From Malacoraja senta (taxonomy: Eukaryota), in assembly GCA_038087875.1 (NCBI GenBank), contig CM075990.1, positions 2,978,001 through 3,042,000 of the forward strand: a stretch of DNA of 64,000 bases, in the 5' to 3' direction. A program made the translations under genes and the position numbers. The notes beneath the pieces were generated by a model. That model worked only from the letters and a program-made list of their open reading frames with translations, was not told where the DNA came from and did no database searches. Position 1 is the stretch's first letter, and every line of letters begins with the position of its first letter. Shown piece after piece: positions 34,677-47,599 of this stretch.

Positions 34677-34986
34677 GGGTGGCGCTGTGGTGTATCTGAT
34701 AGAGTTGCTGCCACCCAGCCCCAGAGACCCGGGCTCGATCCTGACCACGGGTGCTGGCTGTGTGGAGTTGGTACGTTCCACCCGTGACTGCGTGGATTTT
34801 CTCCAGGTGCTCTGGTTTCCTCCCACACTCCAAAGACGTGCAAGTTTGTAGGTTAATTGGCTTCGGTAAAAATTGTAAATTGCCCCCAGCGTGTGTGGGA
34901 TAGTGCTAGTGTACGGGGTGATTTTGGTCGGCACGGACTCGGTGGGCCGAAGGGCCTGTTTCCGCGCTGTATCTCTAAAGTCTAAC
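34677..34986 (+). mobile_element. HE1/V-SINE-like SINE
   Basis: Head, core and tail. Confidence 0.85.
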
Positions 34987-35099
34987 ATATAGAGATACAC
35001 ATGACTCGGGGTGCATCCATCAATCAGTCTCATCCCTTCACCCCCAGTGTCAGACCCCTTACACACAACCCCTCCCCCCCTCCCTTCTTTATTTTTTTA

Positions 35100-35305
35100 G
35101 TCAGATGGTGGTGAATCTGTGGAATTCATCGCCAAAGACGGCTGTGGAGGCCAAGTTAATTGATTCTTGATTTGTCACCGGTGTCAGGGGTTTGGGGGGG
35201 AAGGCAGGGGAATGGGGTTGAGAGGGAAAGATAGATCAGCCATGATTGAATGGCGGAGTAGACTTGATGGGCCGAATGGCCTAATTCTGCTCCTATCACA
35301 TGAAC
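35100..35305 (+). mobile_element. CR1 LINE 3' fragment
   Basis: Typical 3' end. Confidence 0.8.
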
Positions 35306-35539
35306 ATGAAGGCAAAACATGCATCCCTCCCCAGGAAGCATCCCAAATGTTAATGCCACTTAACACAAATAATCTAGCTGATGCTATCCTCAATCAAATA
35401 TGTACAAGAACAGGCTCTTCTGCCCACGATGCCTGAGCCCAACATCATTTCAAGACCATGAATTACCTACCTGCACATAATCCATATCCCTCCATTTTAA
35501 ATGCCCCCATCGCACCTGCTTCAGATTATGGACATTTAG

Positions 35540-35840
35540 GTATTAGAGATAAAGAGGGAAAACAGGCCCTTCGGCCCACCGAGTCCCATGCCAACAAGCG
35601 ATCCCCTGCACACTAACACTATCCTACATACCAGGGACAATTTTCAATTTTACCGAAGCCAATTAACCTACAAACCTGCACGTCTTTGGAGTGTGGGAGG
35701 AAAACCGGAGCATCCGGAGAAAACACACGCGGTCATGAGGAGAACGTGCAAACTCCGTACAGACAGCACCCATGGTCAGAATCGAACCCGTGTCTCTGGC
35801 GCTGTAAGGCAGCAATTCTGCCGCTGCACCACCGTGCCAC
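35540..35840 (-). mobile_element. HE1/V-SINE-like SINE
   Basis: Reverse copy. Confidence 0.85.
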
Positions 35841-36289
35841 CTCCCTGGTTGACCTCCGAGCTATCCTTACTTAAACTCTACGGCAGCCGGGCAACTGCTT
35901 ATTAAACGTGGAAAGAAATCGCTTCACCATCAATTGAAAAAATATTTCATTTCCCCGCCTGTGCAATTCCTTTTTGTGTGTAAAAAAAAGATATATTCTC
36001 CCTGATTTCCTGGGGCAGGAGACGGCCGGACCATGAATTGTATTAATGTGCAGGTCTGAAGAATAAACGGCAGGATAGAATATGGCAGTGCGCGGAGTCG
36101 CCCGTGAATTTAAAACGTCTTTTTAATTTTTCACCCACTCTCTGAGTCTCGTAACCGCAGTCGGTTTTCCCCACCGCAAGGCGAGATACGGTGCGGTTGA
36201 ACGGCGAGAGAACAAGGCCTCTCGGAAAGTCAAATATCCGTGGTCAGCCATCAAAAAAAAAAAAGCCCTCCCATTCTTCTCGCTTTTCT

Positions 36290-36900
36290 ACTGTTGAGTA
36301 GTTACATGTACGGTTTGACACAAAGCCTGATCAACTTTCAAGGCCCTTGCTTGTCAGCTGGGGAATTTATAAAGATAAATGATATTATGTTAAATTCCAC
36401 TTAATGACAAATTTTTAATTTTCTGAACATGGTCATTTTCTGGCTAGTGAATCAAGTGTAAGGAGCTAATTACATGAGGATCTGAGCAAAAATAACTCCT
36501 AATTTTCAAGGATAATGGGAGCGAAATGTTCTAGATTAATGGGACTATTTGTCTTTTTTAAATTTCTATCTTTCTCTGTGATAGCAGTGTTCCCCAAGGA
36601 AAATATTCATAAAATGAAATTGAAGTCGTAACTTAATAGGTTATTAAAATTTTTGAGTGCATATCACTTCTGTTTCGCACTGCTGTAAATTTAAATTGAA
36701 GTTTGTAACATTGAGAGTCACCAGCGGAGTTTTTATGATAGCAGGATAGAGAGAGAACATGCATCTTTGTCAAGTAGTATTTGCTATTCTAATTTAATGG
36801 CAGAGCAGATTATCAAAAAAAGGAATGTCACAATGTAAATGGTTGACAAGTCTAAGCCTTCAGCCATGTGTTTCCATTACGACCAGGAGACGTTTGGGGT
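36290..36900. promoter_or_regulatory. Candidate deeply conserved non-coding element/enhancer
   Basis: Core of a ~1.7-kb transposon-free island; dense TAAT/TAATTA, TGACA, AGATAA and TTTAT motifs; no long ORF. Confidence 0.6.
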
Positions 36901-37669
36901 TTGTCGGCCCTATTATTTTCCATTTCACTCTTTTATCTTGATTTAAAGTGAGGGCTGTCGAATATTCTTTTCCTTGTCATTTTGCTCTCAAAAATCCATG
37001 CACGGCATTGTCTCAGCAGGGGTCTGAGACGAAGCGGGCTGACAAAGCACTGCAAGGTGGAAATAGGGAGAGGCTACTCTGGTCCGATAGACCTTGGCGT
37101 GAGGGTATGCAGCCTTGGGCAGGGTATGCAGCCTTAGGAGGGGGAGAGGGGCAGAGAGTGAAGGTAAGGTCATTCTTCTCAAAGGCCTCCAAATCGCTGT
37201 AAAGATTATTAAACAGCCTGTATTTACGAATAACGTCTAAAAATAAATCAACAATAGGCAATCTGATCTGCCTTTGATTTTAATATTGGTGCGCACTTAG
37301 GAATATATTTTGGATTCAATTGAAATATGATTTGTGGCTTTCATAGCACCTAACAAATACTACTACACCCTATTTAACTCTAAATGAATATTATCCTCCT
37401 TACTATTCTTAAGTCCTGCTTCATTCCACATGTCCCGCTGCACTTTTTATTATTACAAACTCGATTTAACCCTTTACACTCTCATTAACGTTGAAATCAT
37501 CTTCAACGTTTTATTTTTATGATACCTCAACAATGTTACATTTTTTTTCTGGAAGTCCAAAGCCATCAAGAGAATGAAGTCAAGAGTGTTTTATTGTCAC
37601 ATGTCCCGAAATGGAACAATGAAATTCGTACTTGTCATTACAAATCATCTTTTTTTTTTTTTAATTCAA

Positions 37670-37980
37670 GGGCGGCACGGTGGCGCAGCGGTAGAGTTGC
37701 TGCCTTACAGCCCCAGAGACGCAGGTTCAATCCTGACTACGGGTGCTGTCTGTTTGGAGTTTGTGCGTTCTCCCTGTGGCCATGTGGGTTTTCTCCAGCT
37801 GCTCCAGTTTCCTCCCACATTCCAAAGACGTACAGGTTTGTAGGTTATTTGACTTTGGTAAGAAAAAATTGTAAACTGTCCCTGGTGTGTGGGATAGTAC
37901 AGGGTGATGGCTGGTCAGCACGGACTCAGTGGGCCGAAGGGCATTTTTCCACACCGTATCTCTAAAGTCTAAAGTCTAAA
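37670..37980 (+). mobile_element. HE1/V-SINE-like SINE, full length
   Basis: Head, core and tail. Confidence 0.88.
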
Positions 37981-38692
37981 TTGAAGATTGGAAAATTGTG
38001 AAGAATAAGGAGATTAACTAAATAATGAAACTTGCAGAGTTCTTGAGAATTTTATTCAACAATCCATCCGCCCCTCTCTCCCCCTTGCTGGGGCATTGGT
38101 TCCACGGGTAGACTTAATCTGCGCGCTGCTTCCTTGTGCGTGGCACTTAGAAGATTGAGCGCAAGGAGGCCGTTGCACTTTGGTTGGCATCATGGATGGG
38201 GCTGACTTGGATTTCATGGACAAAACAATCAGGGGGTTATCATCCAGTAGAGATCCTGTAGTAACTTTACCCTCTCCAACTCAGTGACAATGAAGGCACT
38301 GGTTGCCCTGCCCTTCACCATTGCTAGTGTCGCAAACTACACATTTCACTTGGTGGCGCAGTGGTAGATTTGCTGCCCCACAGCGACAGAGACCAGGGTT
38401 CGATCCCAGCTACGGGTGCAATTTGGAAGACAAATTGTTTGGCCTATATTGTACAAGGGATGTGTCCAAGTGTGGTGGTATTTTTTAAAAAAGACACAAA
38501 GTGCTGGAGTAACTCAGCGGGTCAGGCAGCATCTCTGGAGAAAAGGAATATGTGACCTTTTGGATTGGGACCCTTCTTCAGACCAATAGGCGACGTTTCG
38601 GGTCAGGACCCTTCTTCAGACCCGAAAGAGATAATTTGTTCCTTTGGTACATTGGTTCCATTGGTAAGGTTGCATCTGGAATATTGTGCCCA

Positions 38693-38910
38693 GTTTTTTT
38701 TGTTTTTTTTGCACTCAACATTTATTAACAAGGCATAGTACACATACAAACAAGATATACAAATTACATAGCATCTATCAGCATCACATCAAATCATCTT
38801 AGAGTTTTGTCGTGGAAGCATCAGATTCACCGGTGCCCAGGTTTTAATGAAGATCTCAAACGTTTTACAGCGCATGGCGGGGTCGATTCCTCCGGTCCCT
38901 CCGTCCCCAT
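38693..38910 (-). mobile_element. L1/Tx1-like 3' end with poly(A)
   Basis: T-run at 38693-38710; minus strand reads ...FEIFIKTWAP, like the F.K.W.P end of L1-clade ORF2. Confidence 0.45.
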
Positions 38911-39401
38911 TGTTAATTATTCTGTATTTTTGATTATTCTGTATCCTCTTTTTTTTTTAATTTTTTTTTAAATTTCTATATTGCACTACTACTACGGACT
39001 GACGCAAAACTGCATTTCGTTGTACCCATACTCAGTATTTGTGCAATGACATTAAAGTTGAATTGAATTGAATTGAATTGATACAGGAGTCGATCTTTCC
39101 CGTGGCTGTAGTGCATGGACTCGGGGATTATTGTATTGTATATCTTTATTGTTATTTCCTGAGTATTCGCATACCCAGAGGAAACAAAAAAACGTTCCTC
39201 AACCAGTGTCCATTTCAGTGTGTGGTCATAAGGGTTATTCCATTCAGAACTGAAATGAGAAGAAATCTCTTCTCCCACAAGAATTCTCCACCCAAGACGG
39301 CTGTGGAAGTTCCGTCGTTGAGTCAGAGATCAAGTGATGTGCATCACATGACATGAGGTTGACGCAGGAAATTGTCTTTGGTGTAATGAACAGACACGTT
39401 C

Positions 39402-39720
39402 TTTAGATTTTAGTCTTTAGAGATACAGCACAGAAACAGGCCCTTCGGCCCACTGAGTCATCGCCGACCAGCCATCACCCCATACACTAGCACTATCCTA
39501 CACTCGAGGGACAATTTACAATTTTACCAAAGCTAAGCCAATTAACCAACACATCTGTATGCCTTTGGAGTGTGGGAGGAAACCGGAGCACCCAGAGAAA
39601 ACCCATGCAGTCTCAGGGGAACGTACAAACTCCATACAGACAGCACCCGCAGTCAGGATCGAACCCGGGTCTTTAGTGCTGTAAGGCAGCAACTCTACCG
39701 CTGCACCACCATGCCGCCCT
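39402..39720 (-). mobile_element. HE1/V-SINE-like SINE
   Basis: Reverse copy. Confidence 0.85.
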
Positions 39721-40005
39721 CCATTGATGACTGACTAGTCAGCCTGGCTCGTTGACTAAATCAGGCAACGTGTCCAATCAACAAGGGCAACTCCAGATGA
39801 GAAGGATTCATTTCTATTGAGGCCACTCCTGATTCCATACTGGAACTCGGGTAGACCCAGATCAGAATTACACTGCAGTTGTACAACCATACCAAATCTG
39901 CCTCTGACCCAGCCCAGCCACAAGGGAACAAGTTCAATTTCAGTATTTTCCATGTGTCGATGAAAATCTAGATAAGGGGATTGTCAGAAATTAGTTTCAG
40001 ATTTT

Positions 40006-40284
40006 GGGGCGGCACGGTGGCGCAGCGGCAGAGTTGCTGCCTTACAGCGCCAAAGATCCAGGTTCAATCCTGACCACGGCGGCTGTCTGAACAGAGTTTG
40101 TACGTTCGCCCTGTGACCGTGTGGGTTTTCTCTGGGTGCTCCAGTTTCCTCCCACAAAGGCATACAGGTTCTGTAAATTGTCCATGTATGGATAATACTA
40201 GTGAACGGATGATCACTGGTTGGCGAGGACTCAATGGCCCGTAGTGCATGTTTCCGCAATGTATCTCTCGTCTAAAGTCTAAAG
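40006..40284 (+). mobile_element. HE1/V-SINE-like SINE
   Basis: Head, core and tail. Confidence 0.8.
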
Positions 40285-40299
40285 TAGGCAGCGTCAATG

Positions 40300-40715
40300 T
40301 GTCTGATTTAAGTAGATTCACTAGTTGTACTGTCGTCCTGTTAAGTTTCATTGTCTCTGTACCAATAGACAATAGACAACAGACAATAGGTGCAGGAGTA
40401 GGTCATTCGGCCCTTCGAGCCAGCACCGCCATTCCATGTGATCATGGCTGATCATCCACAATCAGTAACTCATTATCACCTAGTCCACAGGCAACAATGG
40501 ACCATTGTGGGCTCTACCTTTCCATGATCATCATTACTATTTTACATATCTCTCATTCATTTGTTCTATGTCTCTCTATATCACCATCCATCTCTCTTGT
40601 TTCCCTTTCCCCTGACCCTCAGTCTGAAGAAGGGTCTCGATCCGAAACGTCACCTGACATTTTTCTCCCGAGATGCTGCCTGACCACTGAGTCACTCCAG
40701 CTTTTTGTGTCTATC
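40300..40715 (+). mobile_element. Penelope-like terminal region with nested CR1 tail
   Basis: Hammerhead motif CTGAAGAAGGGTCTCGATCCGAAACGTC at 40624-40651; CR1 tail at ~40362-40466. Confidence 0.7.
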
Positions 40716-40724
40716 TTAAGCAGG

Positions 40725-41175
40725 TGCCAGGAATGAGTGGGTTAACATACGATGAGCGTTTGTCGGCACTGGGTTTAGAAGAATGAGGGGGGACCACATT
40801 GAAGTGTACCGAATAATGAAAGGCTTGGATAGAGTGGATGTGGAGAGGATGTTTCTACTAGTGGTAGAGTCTAGGACCAGAGGTCGTAGCCTCAGAATTA
40901 AAGGATGTTCCTTTAGGAAGGAGATGAATAGGAATTTATTTGGTCAGAGGTGATGAATCTATGGAATTCTGTGTCATAGACCGCTGTGGAGTCAATGGAT
41001 ATTTTAAAAGCAGAGATAGATAGATTCTTGATTAGAACGGGGGTCAGGGGTTATGGGGAGAAGGCAGGAGAATGGGGTTAGGAGGGAGCGATAGATCAGG
41101 CATGATTGTATGGCGGAGTAGACTTGATGGGCCGAATGGCCTAATTCTGCTCCTATCACTTATAACCTTATGACA
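40725..41175 (+). mobile_element. CR1 LINE 3' fragment
   Basis: Typical ORF2 end and 3' UTR. Confidence 0.85.
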
Positions 41176-42067
41176 TGACCTTATCCTCACAAACTCAGTG
41201 AGGAGCCAGGAACTACAGGGGTGGGGTCAAGAGTGTTTTATTGTCATGTGTCCCAGATAGAACAATGAGATTCTTACTTGCAGCAGCACAACAGAATATG
41301 TAAACATCGTACACTGTAGGCTATATAATATTGTCTGCATGGAGCCCCATGACTCCAGTCATCACTGTCCCTGAGGTGGACTCAGGAGACTTGGACACTG
41401 GGGATACTTGAGGCAGAGATCAACAGATTGTTAGACTTTAAGAGGATAAAGGGAATTGGGTCAAGAGCCAAGAGTGTTTTATTGTCTAATGTACCTAAAC
41501 AGCACAATGAAATTCTTAAAACAAAGACGCAACACGCTGGAGTAACTCAGTGGGACAGGCAGCATCTCTGGGGAGAAGGAATGGGTGACATTTCGGGTTG
41601 AGACCCTTCTTTAGAGTTTGTTGTTACTTTCTCCCAGCTAACAATGATGTATTCTACCTTTTCCTTGATCTGCATCCCCTTTGTCCTGGTTTCACACCTT
41701 ACACTTCCTTATCTATGTATCGCCATCTCCCCTGGAATCAGTCTAAAAAGGGTCTCGACCTAAAACGTCACCCCTTCCTTCTCCCCAGAGGTGTTGCCTG
41801 TCCCGCTGAGTTACTCCAGCATTCTGTATCTATCTTCGGTTTAAACCAGCATCTGCAGTTCCTTCCTACACATCCTAACGTTTCTGGTCGGGACCCTTCT
41901 TCAGACTCTTCCTTCCTTACTTGCAGCAGCACAACAAGTTTTATAAACAGAGTGCTCAAAAGATAATGCAATAAACAAATGTAAAAAAAGTTCAATGAAA
42001 AAAAAAACCCCAATATAGTGGAAAAAAATAACAAATCCTTAACTCCCTAGTGCAGCCAAGACAGTGA

Positions 42068-42347
42068 CGAGATATAGGGCAGAATCAGGCCCTTCGGCCC
42101 ACCGGGTCTGCGCCGACCAGCGATCCCCGCACACTAACACTATCCAACACGCACTAGGGACAATTTTTACATTGATACCAAGCCGATTAACATACAAACC
42201 TGCACGTCTTTGGAGTGTGGGAGGTAACCGAAGATCTCGGAGAAAACCCACGCAGGTCACGGGGAGAACGTACAAACTCCATACAGACAGCACCTGTAGT
42301 CGGGATCAAACCCGGGTCTCCGGCGTTGCAAGCGCTGTAAGGCAGCA
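42068..42347 (-). mobile_element. HE1/V-SINE-like SINE, truncated by Rex1 insertion
   Basis: Reverse copy ending at the (CAAGT)n tail of the next element. Confidence 0.8.
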
Positions 42348-42908
42348 AGTCAAGTCAAGTCAAGTCAAGTCAAGTCAAGTCAAGTGAGTTTATTGTCATG
42401 TGTCCCTGATAGGACAATGAAATTCTTGCTTTGCTTCAGCACACAGAACATAGTAGGCATTGACTACAAAACAGATCAGTGTGTCCATATACCATAATAT
42501 AAATATATACACACATGAATAAATAAACTGATAAAGTGCAAATAACAGATAATGGGTTATTAATAATCAGAGTTTTGTCCAAGCCAAGTTTAATAGCCTG
42601 ATGGCTGTGGGGAAGTAGCTATTCCTGAACCTGGTCGTTGCAGTCTTCAGGCTCCTGTACCTTCTACCTGAAGGTAGCGGAGAGTTGAGTGTGTGGGTCC
42701 TTGATGATACTGCCAGCTTTTTTGAGGCAGCGACTGCAATAAATTCCCTCGATGGAAGGGAGGTCAGAGCCGATGATGGACTGGGCAGTGTTTACTACTT
42801 TTTGTAGTCTTTTCCTCTCCAGGGCGCTCAAGTTGCCGAACCAAGCCACGATGCAACCGGTCATCATGCTCTCTACTGTGCACCTGTAGAAGTTAGAGAG
42901 AGTCCTCC
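42348..42908 (-). mobile_element. Rex1/Babar-type LINE 3' fragment
   Basis: ORF 42664-42942 TLSNFYRCTVESMMTGCIVAWFGN...RKRLQKVV; (ACTTG)n tail. Confidence 0.85.
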
Positions 42909-43339
42909 TGCGCCACCGAGACGCCCTAAATGTTTGCCACAATCTTATTGACTGGCAGACCAGTCAAGACAGGCTGAATGGCCTCATTTTACTTCTATTA
43001 CTTAAGTTCATATATTCTCCAGTTAGGAATAAAAACATGGAACGCAGAACAGCACAGTGCAGGAACGGGCCATTCAGCCCACAATGTTTGTGCTGAACAT
43101 GATGCCAAGTTAAACTCTCATCTCCCTGCACATGTTGGCCTTATAGCAGAAGAGTCCACATCGCGGGGCTGGAAACTGGAAGTATCCCGAGCTATGTCCG
43201 CTACCACCATCATTCATTGCAACATGTGATGGCTCCCACTGATCATCGCCGGAAGCTTGATTCCTTTTCACGATGACAGCGATGTCAACATTTGAAACAT
43301 GGTAAATGGACACGAAAGAAGAAGAAGCCATTAAACTTT

Positions 43340-43790
43340 CCCTCTTTCACCTCATAGCTACGCCCTCTAGTGTTGGACACTTCCACTCTGGGGAAAAGGC
43401 TCTGAATGTCTACCCTATCATAATTGTACATACATTTTATAATTTCATATACTTCTATCGTCTCCCCACAAACCTCTGATGTTCCAGAGAAAACAATCCA
43501 AGTCTATCCAAGGTAGATAAAAATGCTGGAGAAACTCAGCGGGCGAGGCAGCATCTATGGACGTTTCAGGTCGAGACGGAAGATGCTGCCTCACCCGCTG
43601 AGTTTCTCCAGCATTTTTATGGACCTTCGATTTTTCCAGCATCTGCAAGTTCTTCTTAAACACAAGTCTATCCAACCTCTCCTTGTGGCTGAGACCCGGT
43701 AATTCGGTCAGCATCCTGGTAAATCTCCTCTGCACCCTCTCCAAAGCCTCCACATCCTTCCTGTAATGGGGTGACCAGAACTGCACGCAA
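43340..43790 (-). mobile_element. CR1 fragment with nested Penelope-derived inverted unit
   Basis: QFWSPHYRKDVEALERVQRRFTRM; insertion 43512-43662 with TSD CAAGTCTATCCAA (43499-43511, 43663-43675). Confidence 0.82.
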
Positions 43791-44124
43791 TAAATGCGAT
43801 ATGTTTTATTATCTTTCCAAAAACAAGCATGTGGTCTTTGTCCAATTTATTGGGGCACAGTTGATTACACTATCGCCTTTGAATTAGGTTTGAATATCAA
43901 GCCCTGTTTCCATCATTTAATCATGAAATCTAGGCACAAACTCCAGGGACAGTCTTTGGGATTATGCATCAGAAATTGACACACACCTAAATACCCCTAT
44001 TACTCTAAAACTTTTGTCTCCTGCCATTTAGAACCAACAGAGAATACAGATTTATCGACCAAAGGAGTCCATTTGGCCCATCGTCTCCAGACTAACCTAA
44101 TTCCACTCCCAGTCTATAGTTGTG

Positions 44125-44355
44125 GGCGGAGTGGCAGAGTTGCTGCCTTGCAGCGTCAGAGGCTCGGGCTCGACTCTGACTACGGATGCTGCCTGTACGG
44201 AGTTTGCACGTTCTCCTCATGACCTGCGTGGGTTCTCTCCGGGTGCTCGGGTTTCCTCCCACATTTCAAAGGTTTGTAGGTTAATTGGCTTCTGTAAAAA
44301 CTGTGGTGTAAAAATTAGTTTTGTTCCGTTTATTTTAGTTTAGTTTAGTTTAGTT
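44125..44355 (+). mobile_element. HE1/V-SINE-like SINE, partial
   Basis: Head and core. Confidence 0.7.
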
Positions 44356-44586
44356 TATTATTGTCACGAGTACCGAGGTACAGAGCTGTTTGTGTCCTAT
44401 GTCTACATATTCTGTTTTGCTGCTGCAAGTAAGAATCTCATTGTTCTATCTGGGACACAAGACAATAAAACACTCTTGACTTGACAGTTAAAAGCTTTTT
44501 GCTGCATGCTAACCTGTCAAGAAAACAAATGATTACATAATTACAATCAAGCCGTCCACAGTATACAGGTTCAAGTTAAGAATAAC

Positions 44587-44995
44587 GTGTAGGAAGGAAC
44601 TGCAGGTGCTGGTTTAAACCAAAGATAGACACAAAATGCTGGAGTAACTCAGTGTGACGGGCAGCATCTCTGAAGAGAAGGGATGGGTGAGGTTTTGGGT
44701 CGAGACCCTTTTTCAGACTGAATCCAGGGCAGAGGGAGATACTTAGATAAGCAAGTGTAAGGTGTGAAACCAGGACGAAGTGGATTGAGATCAAGGAAGA
44801 TGTAGAATAGATCATTGTTAGCTGGGAGAAGGTAACATCAAAGCAAACAGAGATTAAATGTACTCAGAGACAGACTAGTCGAAGAACTGGGAAGGGGAGG
44901 GGATGGAGAGAGGGGGAAAGCAAGGGTTACTTGAAGTTAGTGAAGTCAATGTTCATACTGGTGGGGTGTAAGCTGCCCAAGTGAATTAGGAGGAT
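44587..44995 (-). mobile_element. Penelope-like 3' region
   Basis: Shared terminal unit, degenerate hammerhead motif and ORF-end sequence as at 23760-23930. Confidence 0.75.
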
Positions 44996-45167
44996 CAGTG
45001 CAAGATAAAATCCAGTAAAGTCCAATGAAAGATAGGAAAGGTTGAGAGGGATATGGGCAAAATGCAAGCAAATGGGACCTGCTCAGACACCTAGAGTAGC
45101 GCAGATGAGTTGGGCCGAAGGGCCTTCTTTTGTGCTGTATAACTGTGACTCTGCGCTTCTCATAAAC

Positions 45168-45401
45168 TTTAGACATTAGAGATACAGCCCAAAACAGGTC
45201 CATCGGACAACCGTGTCTGCGCCATCCAGCGATCACCCCATTCACTGACACTATCCTACACACTGGGGACAATTTACAATTTACAGAAGCCAATTAACCT
45301 ACAAACCTGCACGTCTCTGGAGTGTGGGAGGAAACCAGAGCACCTGGAGAAAACCCACGCGGTCACAGAGAGAACGTACAAACTACGTACAGACAGCACC
45401 C
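45168..45401 (-). mobile_element. HE1/V-SINE-like SINE
   Basis: Reverse core and tail; a plus-strand head follows at 45410-45510. Confidence 0.8.
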
Positions 45402-45829
45402 TAAGGCAAGATCGCAGTGGTAGAGTTGCTGCCTTCCAGGGCCAGAGACCCGGGTTCAATCCTGACTATGGGTGCTGCCTGTACGGAGTTTGCATGTTCT
45501 CCCCGTGAGAGATTTTCTCTCTCTTACCCATCAATTCCCCTCTAACTCTTTTGCCACTTTGGAGGAAACCAGAGAATTCAGGAGAAAGCCACAAAGCGAC
45601 AGGGTGGACAAGCAAACTCCACACCGACATCGCAGAGCCGGTACCAAGCGGACAAACAGAAGACTGGGTGGGTTGCGGCTTCGGGGGGGAGCCCCTGGAG
45701 AACAAAGGTGGGCATGTGAGGAGTGGGGGGTGGTATCCAAGGAAGGAGATGGCTGGAGGCCCCGCAACAGCCTGGGACTCGCCTGGAACAGGCTCCGCTC
45801 ATAACAACTGGAGCAGAGCACCAAAACAT

Positions 45830-45950
45830 GAGGGGAGAAGAGGGAGTGACCAGGGTGAGACTGGTCCTTGATGATGCTGCTGGCCTTGCCGAGGCAGCGT
45901 GAAGTGTAAATGGAGTCAATGGAAGGGAGGTTGGTTTGTGTGATGGTCTG
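45830..45950 (-). mobile_element. Rex1/Babar-type fragment
   Basis: AQTITQTNLPSIDSIYTSRCLGKASSIIKDQSHPGHSLFSP. Confidence 0.85.
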
Positions 45951-46153
45951 GGCTGGGTCTGGGCTGGGGATGGGGCTGGGTCGGGGCTGGGGCTGGGGCT
46001 GGGTCTGGGCTTGGGCTGGGGCTGGGGATGGGGATGGGGCTGGGGCTGGGTCGGGGCTGGGGCTGGGTCTGGGCTGGGGCTGGGTCTGGGCTGGGTCTGG
46101 GCTGGGTCTGGGTCGGGGCTGGGGCTGGGGCTGGGGCTGGGGCTGGGGCTGGG
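45947..46153 (+). repeat. G-rich (GGGCTG/GGGTCT)n simple repeat
   Basis: More than 30 GGG runs spaced by 2-3 nt. Confidence 0.95.
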
Positions 46154-46282
46154 TACACACTGCCCTGCCTGCCTCAAGGGTTGCACCCATCAAGTAGCTG
46201 CAGGTAAAGCTTGGATATCAGTTCACTGAGGTTTCCTTGCCTTATCCTGTCAGAGAGTCTGTTGATGACCTAGTCCCGTGAT

Positions 46283-47364
46283 CTGTAAATCCTCGCTATA
46301 ACGGACCACGGGGAGGGGGGGAGAGATGGTGTCCGTTATTGCAGATTGTCCACTCTTACCGAGTAAGGAGGGTAAACGTTAACCCAAGTCGAGGGTCTGC
46401 GCTAAAAGGGAGAGGTTGAGCAGGCTGGGACCATGTGAGGAATAGATCAGGTAGACGCACAGAGTCTCTTGCCCAGAGTAGGGGAATCAAGAACCAGAGG
46501 ACATAGGTTTAAGGTGAAGGGGGAAAGATTTAATAGGAATCTGTGCGGTAACCTTTTCACACAAAGGGTGGTGGGTGTATGGAACGAGCTGCCAGAGGAG
46601 GTAGTTGAGGCTGGGACTATTGCAACACTTAGGTGCATGGATAGGGCAGGTATAGAGGAATATGGGCCAAATGCAGGCAGGTGGGACTAGTGTAGATGGG
46701 GCATGTTGGTCGGTGTGCGCAAGTTGGGCCGAATGGCCTTTTTCCATGCTGTATAAATCTATGGCTCTGAGGCCGGGCGGGAAGAAACATGGTGTCGGGG
46801 CGGGGGGGGGGTTAAACCAGGGGGAATTCAGAGGCAGGGGTGCCGCAGATCCCCCGGCCCCACACGTGGAGCGCCGGGGACAGGCCCGGTACCCAGAGCC
46901 GCTCGCTCTCCCCGCTCCCACAACTGAGGGCTCCCATCATGCGGCATCGGCTTTGTGGGGAACTGGCGGGAAGCGGGATATGGGGAGTAATGCAACGGGA
47001 GCCTCAGTCCGCTATGACCAAAATCCAATGTGTCGAGTAGGAAAGAACTGCAGATGCCGGTTCAAACTGAAGATAGGCTAAAAAAATGCTCGAGGAACTT
47101 AGCGGTTCAGGCAGTGAAGGAACGGGTGACGTTTCGAGTCGAGACCCTTCCTTAGACCTATCTCCGCTGTGTGGAAGTCCGTTATTGCCAGGTCATAAGG
47201 AATCTGAGTAGAATTAGGCCATTCTGCCCATCAAGTCTACTCCGCCATTCAATCGTGGCCGATCGGTCTCTCCCTCCTAACCCCATTCCCCTGCCTTCTC
47301 CCTATAACCTCTGACACCCGTACTTATCAAGAACGGTTTACTGGGTTGAGGCGAGGCTTTACTG
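46283..47364. mobile_element. Decayed pogo/Tigger-like DNA element hosting nested CR1 and Penelope pieces
   Basis: Left CTGTAAATCCTCG versus right CGAGGCTTTACTG|TA; internal ATAACGGAC/GTCCGTTAT repeats. Confidence 0.4.
46405..46765 (+). mobile_element. CR1 LINE 3' fragment
   Basis: PRVGESRTRGHRFKVKGERF...WNELPEEVVEAG. Confidence 0.85.
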
Positions 47365-47599
47365 TATTGTAGAAGGAAGCTGTAATCCGCTCCCAGTCCT
47401 GTACTCCACTGCCCACTGAACCACCGCCTAGCAAATCCCACTGCCCTGCTCACCCGCCCCATTCTCCTAACCTCGTTTGGCACGGGATACTGAGATGAGC
47501 ATCAGTCAGGAACACATTTAGAGACCCAGTCCCTCCATCACTTGCACCATTCATTGTCTTGCTGCTTATTAAAAGACTCACACTGCCTTGAAATGATCA

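Noticed and set aside
45531..46229. Pro/Gln/Ser- or Gly/Trp-rich ORFs up to 220 aa; also resemblance to Ig switch repeats
   Set aside because: Translation of a simple repeat fused to a Rex1 fragment; only ~200 bp long with no Ig exons nearby.
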